A stretch of 64,000 nt of DNA, taken from the NCBI RefSeq assembly GCF_026571515.1, contig NW_026860638.1:62001-126000 (forward strand), in the 5' to 3' direction. Positions 40,100-52,970 of this stretch are shown here, in pieces. Within the stretch, counting starts at the first letter, position 1. The number at the start of each line of letters is the position of its first letter. The notes below the pieces were generated by a model. The model worked only from the letters and a program-made list of their open reading frames with translations, was not told the origin of the DNA and ran no database searches. Source of the DNA: Ruditapes philippinarum (taxonomy: Eukaryota). The position numbers were made by a program, and so were the translations under genes.

Positions 40100-40705
40100 G
40101 CGCTCGCTTAGCTTTATATGGAGAACATCGGATAAGAAATCCTGGTTGCATTGGTTCAAGCCTCGGATGAGGCGTAATTTTTCCGTGACAATTGATATTC
40201 AACATTGTGTGTAATGGCCATTTTGTGTCTCATTGCTGATTCAGACATCATGTTGGAGATTAAAGGGACTCCACTGAGGTTTAAAAGCCTAAAAACATAA
40301 CATTTGAATTTCTTACATAAATGAGCTGATACACTTTAAACAGAAATATATGCAAAGATAGTTAAGAAATATACTTTGAAATATATTGAAAATCGTGTTT
40401 TTATGTTTTTCTTATCCCGATTTGAGTGAATAGCGTTTAAACGCTTTTCATTTTGGGTCATTCTTTTACAATTTGAATAATTATTCTGGAAAAACGAAGT
40501 GCGCGATTGATCTGAAATTTTGCACAAAGATTAGTGGCCTTAACATTCATCAATTGGTGCATTTATCTGGAAAAAAATATTTTCAGTCCCATCATGTAAA
40601 AAAAAAACCTCAGTGGAGTCCCTTTAATAGTCGGTCACTTGTTTGTTATCTAGGAAAGCCGGTTAGTTGGATCAATCGCCGAGATATGACCAAAACATAT
40701 GTTAA
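40100..40705 (+). mobile_element. Degenerate tRNA-SINE interrupted by the Kolobok-like MITE
   Basis: Head with ggttcaagcc, body ggccatttt...ctgattcag, tail cgccgagatatgacc...gttaa resumes after the MITE. Confidence 0.45.
40264..40623. mobile_element. Kolobok-like MITE
   Basis: TTAA-AGGGACTCCACTGAGG...CCTCAGTGGAGTCCCT-TTAA. Confidence 0.85.
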
Positions 40706-41005
40706 AGGAACTCCACTGCGGTCCAAAAATCTCAAATCAAGAGATCAACTGGTGCACTTGAGAGAAAGATTTGCAAAAGATAATTAAGAAATATACTCAG
40801 AAATAAATTTAAAATCGTATCTTTTTCCCCTTTCACCAGTTTAAAATGACTTTTGAAATTCCTTTAAATTTTGGGCATTTTGTACAATTGAATTACATTC
40901 TTGAACAACGGTTTCGCTAACCCCAAAATTGTGCACGTCAGACCTTAAAAATTTAAAAAAAAAAAAAAATTTCCCTTTTGTCAGAAATTGTCAATGGACC
41001 CCTTA
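40706..41005. mobile_element. Degraded Kolobok-like MITE copy
   Basis: ttaa-aggaactccactgcgg...; right half lies in low-quality sequence. Confidence 0.55.
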
Positions 41006-42550
41006 CAACCAAAAAAAGTTAACAAAAAATTTTAACTTTTTTCCCCAAACTGGCGCGGGAGAAAAGAATTTTCTTAAAAAATAGGGTTCGAGTGGGGGCC
41101 TTCGTTTTACAATTTGTTCATGCACACAAAAGTCACTTTTCGGCATCCCCAAAAAATTTTGGGAATTAAAATTTTAATTTTCTAACATTTCTAACTTTTT
41201 TCATTTTTTAATTTTTTCGGAGGAGGATTTGAAAAGAAGCCAATCCCATCAATGGAATCCCTGTGACAGTAATGAAATCCTTTTTCGGTCGACAGGTTGC
41301 CAGGTTTTACAATTTAAAAATATGTTTCCTGGGGAAAAAGTAAGTCATTAAGTTGTTTGGGGGTTATTCCCCAACCCCCCAAATTTTTTAATATACCCCC
41401 CATTTGGGGGGGGGGGGGGGTACTTTAGATTTGCCTTTACTTTTGTCGTGGTGCGGGGGTTCCCATATTTGTCACTTTTTTATTAGCTTAAAATTCTCGA
41501 GCTAAGTCAAAAAACTTAAAGGAATTTTTGATCGCATGTAAATGTGCAATGGGGTTTCCGTGGGGGATTGACCATTTGTTTGGGGGTTTTGCCCTTGTTT
41601 AGTAAAAATTGCAATTTCCAATTTGTCCCTTGCGTACTAAACAAGTACATAAGAAAAAAATCAGAAACTTACAGAAATGATTTAAACAGTGTTTTTTGTA
41701 TTTTTTTCCTTTAAAGGTACTTTAGGAAAAGGGAGACTTGAAATTTGTAACTAATTTTTGGGAAAACTTTCCAAAATGGTTTTGGAAAATACTGTTATCA
41801 AAATGTAAATACGTGTATATCGAATAAAATATAGTTTTAACCAATTTTGGGAAAATTCAAGATGATTACAATGGAAAAATTGGGCGTCATTGTTATACTC
41901 TCCCAATTAAGGGTAGGGGAATCATGTAGATTTTTAATTGTCTTTCCGTTGGCATTCTGTCTTACTATACGTTTAGACTCAGTGGAATTTGGGGAATGCC
42001 TGACCTGTGGACAATTTTATGTTTTTCTTCTCTTTTTATTTTTTCATATTTTTTATGCCCCCTTCTCAATGAACGTTTTCTGTTTTCAAGGTTATTCTCC
42101 TTTTCACTTTTCAAATTTGTTGTTGCTGTTTGTCTTAGCGCTATTTTTTTTTGTTATTTTTCTGTCATTTTCCCGCTGCCGTGATACTTCAAACTTTCCC
42201 GTTGCCTTTTAAATTTTTCTTTTTTTATATTTTCTTCCTTCTTGAGATTTTTGCCTTTTTGACTTCCCGTTTTCCCTTTATCATTGCGTGTTGCCTCGGG
42301 ATTTAGAGGCACATACCGTATATATTGATTCGTTTTCTGTCTCCTGGTATTTTTCAATACTTGTCGGAGTCGGTGACAGTTCGTCCACATCCAACTCACT
42401 GTTCTCATTATTTGAAAAAAAAAGATGTAAATAATCAAGGAGCAATTGAATTTATCATTATGACGTCATGAGAATGTATGTAGATGTCTTTACTTTTCAA
42501 GAATATTTTATGTTTGCATACAATATCTATATAAATTATCTATATTGCAG

Positions 42551-42711
42551 AATTGATACAGACCGGAAATTCCGGAGTCATGATACACATTGGTGTTGGT
42601 TCCCGACTAGGACCGCAGGCACCATCTATCAGAAACCAGTTCGGAACCAGCGGTGGTCTTCTATCAAACATAATAAATAGGCAAGTACTATATTATAATT
42701 ATATAAAATGA
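42551..42711 (+). CDS. Possible terminal exon of the metalloprotease
   Basis: ttgcag acceptor; open phase-1 frame LIQTGNSGVMIHIGVGSRLGPQAPSIRNQFGTSGGLL... to TGA; no domain recognised. Confidence 0.3.
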
Positions 42712-43029
42712 TCCAATGGCAACACTTTCTGAATTGAAATCTAAGCGTTAAAATTGAACAAAAATCCTAACAATGACGTAACTTCCGGTGAATAACAATA
42801 TTTCGAATGCAAAACTAAAACCAAAAGTCATGGCTATTGTGCTTACAACTTGTTCGATGAGTTATCAGTGGTTACCTCTGTTATTAATGATTAAAAGTCA
42901 CAATATCTACATTTACTTTTGTTAACTCAAAAGTCTTATAAATGATTTTACTTGGGGGGAGCAGAGTAACAACCGGTAAATTTTCTAATTTGTATTAAAT
43001 ATTTCTACGAAAAAAGGATATCTTTGAAT

Positions 43030-43125
43030 AATCGTATGTGATGAAGCTATCCAGCTAGCTTACAGAACGTCGGCGTTCTTACTGAGGTTCTTCCACCACC
43101 ATAACTAGGAGGTCGCATAATATGA
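43030..43125 (+). mobile_element. SINE fragment (Meta/MESC-like body)
   Basis: gaagctatccagctagcttacagaacgtcgg...ttccacca matches the reverse complement of 50480-50660. Confidence 0.6.
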
Positions 43126-43179
43126 TTTCATTCAACGCGTTCAATAAATTTCATTAACTTGACCTTAACTCCAATCGAA

Positions 43180-43822
43180 CGTTGCGTAACACTACTTAAA
43201 ACGTCGTATTTCTTCTCGTCACTTTGAGGCCACAATCCATATCAAAATCTGCAGGGAGTAAAACATCAAACAGAAATCACCGTTAAGAAAATCGTCATAG
43301 ACCACCCACCACCGCGCAAGACTATCAAAGAAAAAATCCAGAGGCTGTACAGATACCAATAACGTAACGTCAATCAGTGACTGTGAAAAATAAAAAAGAA
43401 TTCCCCGTCTTGGTGCAGAATTGTATTGGTTGAAAAAAAACTTCTGGCTGCATTTCTTGTATAGAATACAGAGATGACATCGTGTAGTTTAATAAAATGT
43501 GTTTTTTTATTTTTAAACATCACCATATTTGTCAAAAATATGTAATAACGTTAGATGGCCCCCCTGGTGGGAGTTTTTAGTCCGCTTTTCGAATCAAATT
43601 GCAGCAAATTCAATGTAAGAAGAGGGACCAGTTGTCTTTTCAAACTGTACCCGCTCCTGCGTGAATTAATCAATAACATGGAGTTTGAGTAAAAATTAAG
43701 TGGCAGGACGAGTTTAAATCCTGTATTGACAGATGACGCAGACATCTGTCACGACATACCTTTCTGATAACAACTTTTTTTTCCGTAGAGACTGGTTACG
43801 TTCCTTATAACAACGCTAACAC
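43180..43822. repeat. Dispersed repeat, copy 1
   Basis: Colinear with 60904-61316. Confidence 0.8.
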
Positions 43823-43837
43823 AAGGTATAAAGTATA

Positions 43838-44320
43838 CTTAGTCGTGTGGCCACGAGTTCTATGTCGTGGGCCCGAGATAGGTTAAGTTGTGGCCACGAG
43901 TTACTAAGGTCGTGGCCAACGAGATAAATTAAGTCGTGGGAACGAGATACTATGTTGTAACCACTAGTTACTAAGTGGTAGCCACGACATAGTTAAGTTG
44001 TGCGAACGAGATACTGTGTCGTGGCCACGGGTTCCTAAGTCGTGGCCTTTAGATACATTTATTTAAGTCGTGGCCACGAGATACCATGTCGTGGCCACGA
44101 GATACTATGTCGTGGCCACGAGTAACTAAGTCGTGGCCACGAGATAATTAAGTCATGGGACGAGGTACTTAGTCGTGGGAACGAGATTCTATGTCATGGC
44201 TACGAGTTACTTAGTCGTGACCACGAGATAATTTAGTGGTGCGCACGAGATACTATGTCGTTGCCACGAGTTACTTAGTCGTCTGAACGAGATAACTAAG
44301 TCGTGGTCACGAGATAATTA
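43838..44320. repeat. ~21-bp minisatellite with palindromic core tcgtggccacga
   Basis: About 22 copies of gtcgtggccacgagatactat/ttactaa. Confidence 0.9.
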
Positions 44321-44659
44321 ACCAATCAGATTACACTATGATTACACTAACATTTATCTTCTAAAATACTGAAGTGTTCACTTTAAACTTGATACATGTC
44401 TGTAGGATCATACTAGAAAGTCACCTTCTAAGGCCCATCATAAATCACACATTAATTTTGACTAAGTTATAGCCCTTTGTGGGGACAATTTTATGATAGA
44501 ATTGGTCAGTTTGTTAGTACAACGGCCTGTTAACCTTGTTAATACGATAACTTGAAAAGGAATAAGTCACTGGTAGGGACATTGCCCATGGACAGTAGAT
44601 AGCCTATAAGTATGCTTGAGGTCAAGGCTCAAGGTAAATATGACACTTCGTGTAAAATC

Positions 44660-45575
44660 CTTGTCATTTCAACAACAAAATGCCTTTTCTAGAGTTATTC
44701 TGATATAGCAGAAAGCTTAAGCTTAACATCGTTGAAGTTACAAACACAGATCCTTGTATAGTGTTTACATTTTTCCACCTTTTCTTTTCTGGGCTATCAC
44801 TTGATGACAGTCTGGAGTCTCGAAATCCGTTAGTGATATTCGTATTAATGAAACAATCCCCTTTATGGATCTTCTTCTTTGGTTTTGCTGCAAAACTTTC
44901 CGCCGAGTATCACACCACACACGCAACACAATGCTACAAATATGAGAACATAAAATATCCAGTCCATTATTGTCACAGCGAGGGCGAACTTTATCAGGGA
45001 CGTATCACAGCAATCAGTCGATCCACCACAACCATCCATCACATCCGAATAATTTCCGAAAACCCAAACACTTCCTGTAACATCCAGATATACAAAGAAT
45101 AAATGATTTAGTAAAAGTAAAACGGTTTTTTTAAATCTGCATTAAATTTTATTTATTTTTTCAAAATTGTATTGTTTTTATTTTTGTTTGAAAAAAAGTG
45201 TCTATAATTCAAACTTACAAGATATTAACTTTTGCGACTTTCCTAGTTTTCCATTTAAGCTAGGCATTTGCAACAAAAGAAGAAACAGAATGGGAAGAAA
45301 ATATTATAAAGAAAAAGGCTCAGAGTAAAAAAGAAACACTTTCTTCTTGTGCAATTTTAAGCTCCATTTGAGTGCAAAGCGTTGCAAAGCTTCTCATTTT
45401 TCTTCTTTTGTGTCTTTTTGTATAATAAAAATTATGATTCTGAAAACAACAGGATGTTGGTATTGTCTGAAAATTGTCATCAAGTAATTGAGCCAGACAT
45501 ACATCAAATGGTATACAAAACTTGGAAAAATATTCCCTGTCCCGTTTTGTTAAAAAAAACTCTGTTAAGTCCCTT
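44660..45575. mobile_element. Longer Kolobok-related element (right part)
   Basis: High similarity to 63105-64000; the 3' ~250 bp resemble the Kolobok-like MITE and end ...gtcccttt. Confidence 0.65.
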
Positions 45576-45806
45576 TGCTGTGTTACACAAAACAAAATCT
45601 AGGGAACTAGGTTATAATTTTTTAACCAAATTTCAATACTTGCACCAGATTTTAACGATTTCGACTTACATAACTGTATACACCAAATCTTACACGATAT
45701 AAACGTTTTTCACATTTGATTTTGCCACAGAATAGCATCTACCACAATTCAGTGAATTCACTTCTTACAAAAGAGTTTGTTTTTAGAAAAATGACAAAAC
45801 TGTATA

Positions 45807-46232
45807 CAGTAAACTTCACTTATAGCGAACACGGTTATAGCGAACTTCCGGTTATAAGGAACAATTTATTTTGGCCCGAATTTTGCCCTTTTCTTTATTT
45901 AATATAAAAATATATGGTTATAGCGAACACGGTTATAAGGAATTATCACTTATAAGGAACTCATTTCTTAGTCCCAATTTAGTTAAAAGTGCAGAAAATT
46001 ACACTTTTATAGCGAACTCCAAAATATCGGCTATCCATAAATTCATCCCGCATTTTCAACTTTCTTTTTTGTAGGCTCTTCAAAATGGAATAAACAGTTC
46101 GTTATGTGTAAATCTGTTCGCTATTAAAACTCCTGATATAAGGAACTAATCGCTTTATGCTTACAATGAACTCCGGATATAAGGAACAGATTTTGAATGT
46201 CCAAATGAGTTCGTTATATGCGGAGTTTACTG
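45807..46232. mobile_element. Tc1/mariner (pogo/Tigger-like) MITE
   Basis: TA-CAGTAAACTTCACTTATAGCGAAC...GTTCGTTATATGCGGAGTTTACTG-TA. Confidence 0.85.
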
Positions 46233-46903
46233 TACATCAAAGCTTACAGGATATTAACTTTTATTATCAATTCTACCACAGATCTGCATTTACTAAATTT
46301 TAGTACCCGGTTAAAAAGAGTTTTTTAAAATATAATGTCTGCAACGAAGTTTCCCCATATTTCTTTTTTGCCCCATATAAACCCCAAAACTCATTTTCAC
46401 AATTTAATACTACCAAGATAAGCCCCCCGAATTTAACAAAAAAAGCAATAACCCCACGCTGTTAAAATTTCTTTTCTTTATATCGCCCCTTTAACATCCG
46501 GGGATTTTCTTTTTATAAACCGAAAGTCCCCAAAAAAGGGGCGACCCCCAACGATTAGGTTAAAAAGGGATTAGTTTTGTATAGGACAAAGCTAGTATAG
46601 CCCTGAAAAAAGGTGATAGAATATGTACCTCTAAAGTGTATTTAAAATTGGGTGTAAAATTAAGGAAATAAAAAATTACATTTTTTACGGTGTGCACGCG
46701 ATATTTTACGAAGCCACATGCTGGATACCGGTATTTTGTGCGCAGTCGAAAGCTAGTACGTGCGGATGCGATAGTGAAGCATGGCCAAGCAATAGCTATA
46801 ACGTGCACACGTGAAAGCTGTTACATGGCTGCGCGAACGTAATACCTATCGCATGGCCACGTGATACTATCGAGTTCGAACATTTAAGATATCGTGTGCG
46901 CAC

Positions 46904-47468
46904 TGTAGGAGCACATTTGTCTCAGTGCACATTTGTCTTACGTAAGACCGATGCAGTTCCATTTGTTCGACCTCAAATGTCACCCCCCCCCCCCCCCCAC
47001 ACACACACACAAAGAAAAACAACGAAACAAAAACACATTTGTGTGACAAATGTGCTCCGATCAAGTTTTTTAAAGGACAAGAATAATCATTTGTCTCGTG
47101 GTTTTTTAGGGATAAGACCGAAGGTTCAGTGTGAGCTATTAGTATCAAGTGCGATGCTCCGGCGTCCGTCGTTCGTCGTCAAGGGTCTTTTTCTCTTAAA
47201 CTGCTGGGCAGATTTACTTCAAATTTGGTTTGTTGCATCCTTCTGATATGATTTTCTAATTTGTTTAACTTCCGCGGATAACGGTATTTTGATACTTCTT
47301 TTAATGCTTATCTGTAAAAATCGGTTTGATTGCATGGCTAAAAATAGCTTTCTCGGAAATCCAAATTATAATGTAGGTGAAAAATATATGGTGGTCATCA
47401 GATGTACATGGCAGAAAATCAGTAGATCTGCACTTTAGTCAGGTTGGTGAGACAAATGTGCTCCTACA
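46904..47468. mobile_element. Non-autonomous TGT...ACA transposon (Ginger-like termini)
   Basis: TIR tgtaggagcacatttgtctca / tgagacaaatgtgctcctaca; flanks gcgcac / gcacac (exact 4-bp gcac); subterminal cacatttgt repeats. Confidence 0.7.
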
Positions 47469-47664
47469 GCACACTCATTAAAATGGGACATAGGAATAAG
47501 CTTTTGTATACTAGGTAAATTGTTTAGGTAAATAGATGTAAAAGGAGCTAAAGGTATAATATGGAAGAAAAAAATAAAATAGGACAATATAGTAGCATAA
47601 TTCGCAAATCCCTCACTCTTTTATTTGGTTTAAACAGTGTTTATTTTAGGTCAATTGTGTAGGA

Positions 47665-47790
47665 AGCTATAAGCTTATAGACACACTGTCGAATCCGTTC
47701 CTAGAACCAACCAGTACTGAGCAATCATTGTAAAGTTTCTTGCTCAAGGAAACAACGGCTTGCCCCTGATGGGTTTGAACCCATGCGGCC
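47665..47790 (-). mobile_element. tRNA-SINE, 5'-truncated (family of 22590)
   Basis: gaatccgttcctagaaccaaccagtactgagcaat...ttcttgctcaaggaaacaacggcttgcccctga. Confidence 0.75.
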
Positions 47791-47969
47791 ACCGGTTATT
47801 TAAGCACAACTAGAACATAGTCTTCTTCGTCATGTATGAATGATTAAAAATGATTAATTTCTAAAATGTTATATTATATATAGTGTCTTACCAATGACGA
47901 TCTTGGCGATATTTAGGCCGAAAAAGGCGACGACAAGAAGAACTACCACAATTATAAGACCTGGAAAAT

Positions 47970-48649
47970 AACTAGAACTGTGTGACACGGACGCCCCCAC
48001 TGTGCAGATGTGCTCGTAAACAAGAGCATGCATATCTGTATGTAAGATTTTTATGTGGAACTTTTTATTCTGCAGTTGCAAAGGAATTTAGGAGTCCTGT
48101 ATGGTATATAGTGAAAGGCCATAATTCTGTTAAATTTGGTCGCAGCAAAATTCCTTCATTTACTACCATTTACACATTAAGGTCGTTCATCCCTGGAAGT
48201 TTAAGCAAAATCTGCCATCCGGTTTAAGAGGAGTTGCGTTCACAAAATTCTTTATAGTGAAAAAATCAACAAAGGGCCATAATTCTGTTAAATTTGGTTG
48301 CAGCAAAATTCCTTCCTTTACTTCCATCTACACATTAAGGTTGTTCATCCCTGGAAGTTTAAGCAAAATTTGCCATCCGGTTTAAGAGGAGTTGCGTTCA
48401 CAAAATTTCTACATAGTATATAGTGAAAAAAATCAAGAAAGGGCCATAATTCTGTTAAATTTGGTCGCAGCGAAAATTCCTTCCTTTCCTGCCATCTACA
48501 CATTAAGGTTGTTCATCCCTGGAAGTTTAAGCAAAATCTGCCATCCGAGTTGCGTTCACAAGATTTTGGGACGTACGGGACAGACGTACGGACGGATGAA
48601 CGGCCAAGTGCAACGCTATATGCTCCCCATTTTGTGGGGGCATAAAAAA
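47970..48649. mobile_element. Non-autonomous Helentron-type element (HINE/pearl-like) with internal ~160-170-bp tandem repeats
   Basis: aactaga start, about 2.7 tandem units (48114-48570), GACR microsatellite, terminal hairpin ccccattttgtgggg then cataaaaa. Confidence 0.75.
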
Positions 48650-48899
48650 TGTGACCGAGTTAGTGGTTAAAGCGTCTAGATCTATCGTAATGTGAAATAT
48701 AATTATGCTCACTTTTTTATGGAACACTGCTATGCACTTATCTTCCGGACCCATTGCCATACCACCCCCAGACACACACGTATGAACGCACACGTTATAT
48801 ATCCAGCTTAATACATGTAAAACACATCAGTAAAACAATTTTCTGAAATATTTCTTGTATATTTCCCTCTTCAAGTGCGTGCTATGTCTTAGTCAGAAA

Positions 48900-48976
48900 A
48901 CACACACAAGCGCACGCACGAACATACACACACGCACACGCGCGCGCACACACGCACACACACACACACACACACA
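48900..48976. repeat. (CA)n microsatellite
   Basis: cacacaca... Confidence 0.9.
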
Positions 48977-50304
48977 AAGAACAGGGTTTCATTCTTATTT
49001 GGTTTTGAAATTTTTTGGGAAAGAAATATAAACAAAAAAAAAAAAATTTTACCCAAAAAAAAAAAGGAAATTTTTCGTCAAAAAAAGCCCTGACCTTTCT
49101 CCCCTGACCTTGACTTTCCAGGGACCCCTTCACCCCACAGCCCCATACCCCTTCCAAAAACGGAAAAAAAAAATTGTTTAAAATTTTCATGAAACACAAA
49201 AATCTTTAAAAAGACCCTATTTTGTTTTTTTAAATTTTTAAGGGTTTTTAACGGCCATATAACCCGTCAAACTTTTTTTCGAATTATAATGCAGCAAAAA
49301 TATATTTGGGGGAAAAAGGCAAGCAATTACGATTCAGATTAAAAGGGTAATTTAAATAATCAAATTAAAATTTATTAAAAAACCATTAAAAAATCACAAA
49401 CGTATTTAAACAAATGAAAAGAAAGACGTGAATTTTTCATGTAACCACTTTTTTAAACATTTTTTAAAATAGAATTTATTTTATTAAGCGCTGACAAAAA
49501 GCCAAGAAATCAATAACAACAGTTGGAGGACTTTTAAATTATTAAGTGCGTGTGTTGAAAATTTGATTCTAAAGAAAACGAAGATATGAAAAAAAACTTT
49601 TCAAAAATTTAAATATTAACAGATAAAATATTAAAATTGTCCTTTATAAATTTTTTTTCCAAAATAAAAACGTCGTAGTTTGTTATTTTTAAAAGTTATG
49701 AATTTGAATTTAGAGTTAAATTTAAAATTTTTTTGATGCAAATTACAACAACCATTTTAAAATCTAAATTAAGTCAAAAAAAGTTAAAGCACGATTAAAT
49801 ATTTTTGGAAGGGATTTTTTGCCATTTCACTTACCAAAAAACCAGTGAAAATTTAAAAACTGACTGGTTTTTAAATTTAATATTTTTTAGGATTTTGAGA
49901 CATTGATCAGTTTAACGATAATAACAAAATAATAAACATACCATTATTATCATTTGACATGTGCTGAATTAAAGGGGGTTGTCTGTAGAATGTCAGAGCT
50001 TTTAAAAAATGAATCTTGAAAAATATAACATAAATCTAGAGATGAATGGTATGAATAATTATAATGGTTAAAGAACGATTGGTTAATAATGATAATAGTA
50101 AAAATGGTAATAATATTATAAATTTCGAGATAACGACAACGACGACGATGATGATGATGATGATGATAACTTATTTCTTATTGTTATTTTTGTTTTGTGG
50201 GTGTTGTGGTTGTTAAAAATGATAACGATGATGGTGAATTTCTAATAATGAAAATGATGATTTGATGAAAATGATGAAAAGGAAGAGGTGAAGGGGGGGG
50301 GGGG

Positions 50305-50360
50305 GGGTAGCTCAGTCGGTAGAGAAGCAGAACGGTACACCGAGTGTTCCGGGTTCACGA
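50305..50360 (+). pseudogene. tRNA-head fragment
   Basis: ggggtagctcagtcggtagag A box and a truncated gggttca B box. Confidence 0.45.
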
Positions 50361-50479
50361 TGTATCGCAGCAACGTAAAAATAACTTACGAATTGTGCAG
50401 AAGTAACACATTATCTAATTCTATAGGAACCAATATATTCTATAGTGAATTAAAATGTTGAACTGAATTAGCTCATACG

Positions 50480-50660
50480 TTTGTTTGTTTGTTTGTTAGA
50501 TTAGGTTTTACGTCATACCGACACAGTATAGGTAATATCGCGACGTTCAAGCTTTACTGATGGAGGAAGACCTCAGGTGCTCCTTCGGGCATTTTTTCAG
50601 GCACGAACGGGCACATGAGTAGAACCACCGACGTTCCGTAAGCTAGCTGGATAACGTCCT
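50480..50660 (-). mobile_element. SINE 3' part (Meta/MESC-like body, (AAAC)n tail)
   Basis: (ttgt)n tail, ggaggaagacctcaggtgc...agaaccaccgacgttccgtaagctagctgga. Confidence 0.7.
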
Positions 50661-51419
50661 AGCGCATACGGTTGCTAAACATTATACTTTAAATCTTATT
50701 ATAAGAATCTAGGATAGTGCTTGTATTTTTAGATCATTCGTGAGAACCTGCATGAATAGTGTATTAAGGCGACTGCAATAATTCATATATTGCATTATAG
50801 TTTCTAATGTTCGGTGTTGCTGAGAGTTTTAATGTTCTGTGTACCTACTTGTATCATTTTATGTGTCATATAACATTGAAATTGGCATCTATGAGATATT
50901 AGACCAAGGTAACTCCGATTGCAACGAAGCAACAATGGTTACCCTATAAAACAGTACAATACATGTGCCTGAATCATTCAAGATTGATCTGTTTTCATTT
51001 TAGGTTAAACTGTAGTATTGATTTTCCAATGACTGACATTATGAGAAATGGTTCCTAAAAATCCTAACTTGATATTGAGCTTTCGTGCTACAGAAGTGCT
51101 TTATCTTGGTGAATGAAATGCCTGACAAGTACAATTATTTTATTATGCATGTATAGGAAGCAAACCAAATTATGTAAGTTAAAAGATTTCAAATATACAC
51201 TGCTCATACGAACATGATAAAAATAAAACAAAAACCAACAAAAAACGTATTTGTTATTTCCGTTTAAGTGAGGCACACATTTGCTGTTTGAAAATACATT
51301 GAACCTTTCATGTACACGTATTTCTTTAGAAATGTGTCTCACCATGTGTTTACTTAATCGTGTCTGATGCTTTAATAAGTTTTATTAAGATCCAAATGTC
51401 AATAGAAATACAAAGATTA

Positions 51420-51621
51420 TACCAGTTTCGTACAGACACCCATCTCCTTAAATCCTGGCCTCCTCTTACCACCCTTTGATGGAAGGGCAGTGGCTTTTGT
51501 GGCAATCAAATATGTCACAGTCCATCCTATTTCTTAACATTTCTTTATGTTTATGTCGTCCGGCAGTATGAAGCAGGAAGAAGATTAAAATACGGCTCAT
51601 TTACCCCATTTATTCTCAACA
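51420..51621 (+). pseudogene. Duplicated intron segment of the metalloprotease gene
   Basis: Diverged match to 34690-34900 (accagt...cagacaccc...gaagggca...caatcaaat...ccggcagtatgaagcag...aaaatacggc). Confidence 0.6.
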
Positions 51622-52056
51622 CCCTTATATCGAGCTCGAAGGACAGGTCCTCAGGGCACAGCAACTGTTACCCTTATATCGAGATCGAAGGACAGGTTCT
51701 CAGGGCACAACAACTGTTACCCTTATATCGAGATCGAAGGACAGGTCCTCAGGGCACAGCAACTGTTACCCTTATATCGAGATCGAAGGACAGGTTCTCA
51801 GGGCACAACAACTGTTACCCTTATATCGAGATCGAAGGGCAGGTCCTCAGGGCACAGCAACTGTTACCCTTATATCGAGATCGAAGGACAGGTCCTCAGG
51901 GCACAGCAACTGTTACCCTTATATCGAGATCGAAGGACAGGTTCTCAGGGCACAACAACTGTTACCCTTATATCGAGATCGAAGGGCAGGTCCTCAGGGC
52001 ACAACAATTGTTACCCTTATATAGAGATCGAAGGACAGGTCCTCGGGGCACAGCAA
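51622..52056. repeat. Homogeneous 49-bp tandem array (~9 copies)
   Basis: cccttatatcgagatcgaaggacaggtcctcagggcacagcaactgtta. Confidence 0.95.
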
Positions 52057-52314
52057 GTATAACGGTAACTCGAGTATCTCTAAGTGTTGGTTTTGAAAAC
52101 CTTTGCTGGAGATACAGAAAAATTATTGGTAATAAGTTTTGCCTGCTCTTCATCAGGGATTATTTTAGTTCCCTTTCCTACTATATTTGAAGAACGCGCC
52201 AGAAATCAGAACCAACAGGTTACCAGCTCTATTAGTTTTTGATTTGCTGTCTTATTATGGTTCCCACGCTAACTGGCATTCGGAAAACCTTGCTGATTAC
52301 CATCATTCCTAATA

Positions 52315-52600
52315 TGGATTATTTTGTTTTAAAAATAACTTAATTATAAGATTGAATGAAGTTGACCTTTTCAGTGTTTTTTCATTAGTCGATTTTTGTT
52401 TATGGTTTACGTCAGCAATAAACATCTTTTTATTGGTCGCTTCTGTTTTTGGCGGTAGATTTACGTCAGCAATAAACATCTTTTTATTGGTCGCTTCTGT
52501 TTTTGGCGGTAAATATTTTTGACCATTTGTTTCCTGGGCCTTTTTGTCATTCTGTATTTCGTCGACTTAGAGATCACATGTTTTGATAATTAAAAAATTT
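52315..52600 (+). repeat. Split direct repeat A1
   Basis: Near-identical to 58558-58846; contains an internal ~54-bp duplication with cgtca and attgg (CCAAT) motifs. Confidence 0.92.
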
Positions 52601-52650
52601 TTTGATATTTTATACAGAATTTGTTCAACTAAGTTGAGGAATTTTATTTA

Positions 52651-52970
52651 ATTTATAGACTGGTATAATTATCAGTCAGTTAAAAAATTTTTTACTTACT
52701 AGAGAGGATTTTGGAAACATTTTACGTTTTGTGATAAAACAAAACGTGTAAATTATTTTGCACGTGTGAACTTTTTCAAGGACATAAGACAGTGTTAGAG
52801 ATTATGTCAGAACCGGATTTATAGACTGGTATTTTTATCGGTCAGTTGAAAAATATTACTTAACCGGGAGGATTTTGGATACATTTACGTTTTGTGATAA
52901 AACAAACCGTGCACTTAATTTTGCACGTGTGAACTTTTTCAAAGACAGTAGACAGTGTTAGAGGTTATGT
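52651..52970 (+). repeat. ~165-bp tandem duplication in the Ngaro 5' UTR
   Basis: atttatagactggtat...gacagtgttagag(a/g)ttatgtc occurs twice. Confidence 0.85.

Noticed and set aside
51622-52056. CRISPR array next to an RT gene
   Set aside because: Units are contiguous with no spacers; the RT belongs to an Ngaro retrotransposon.
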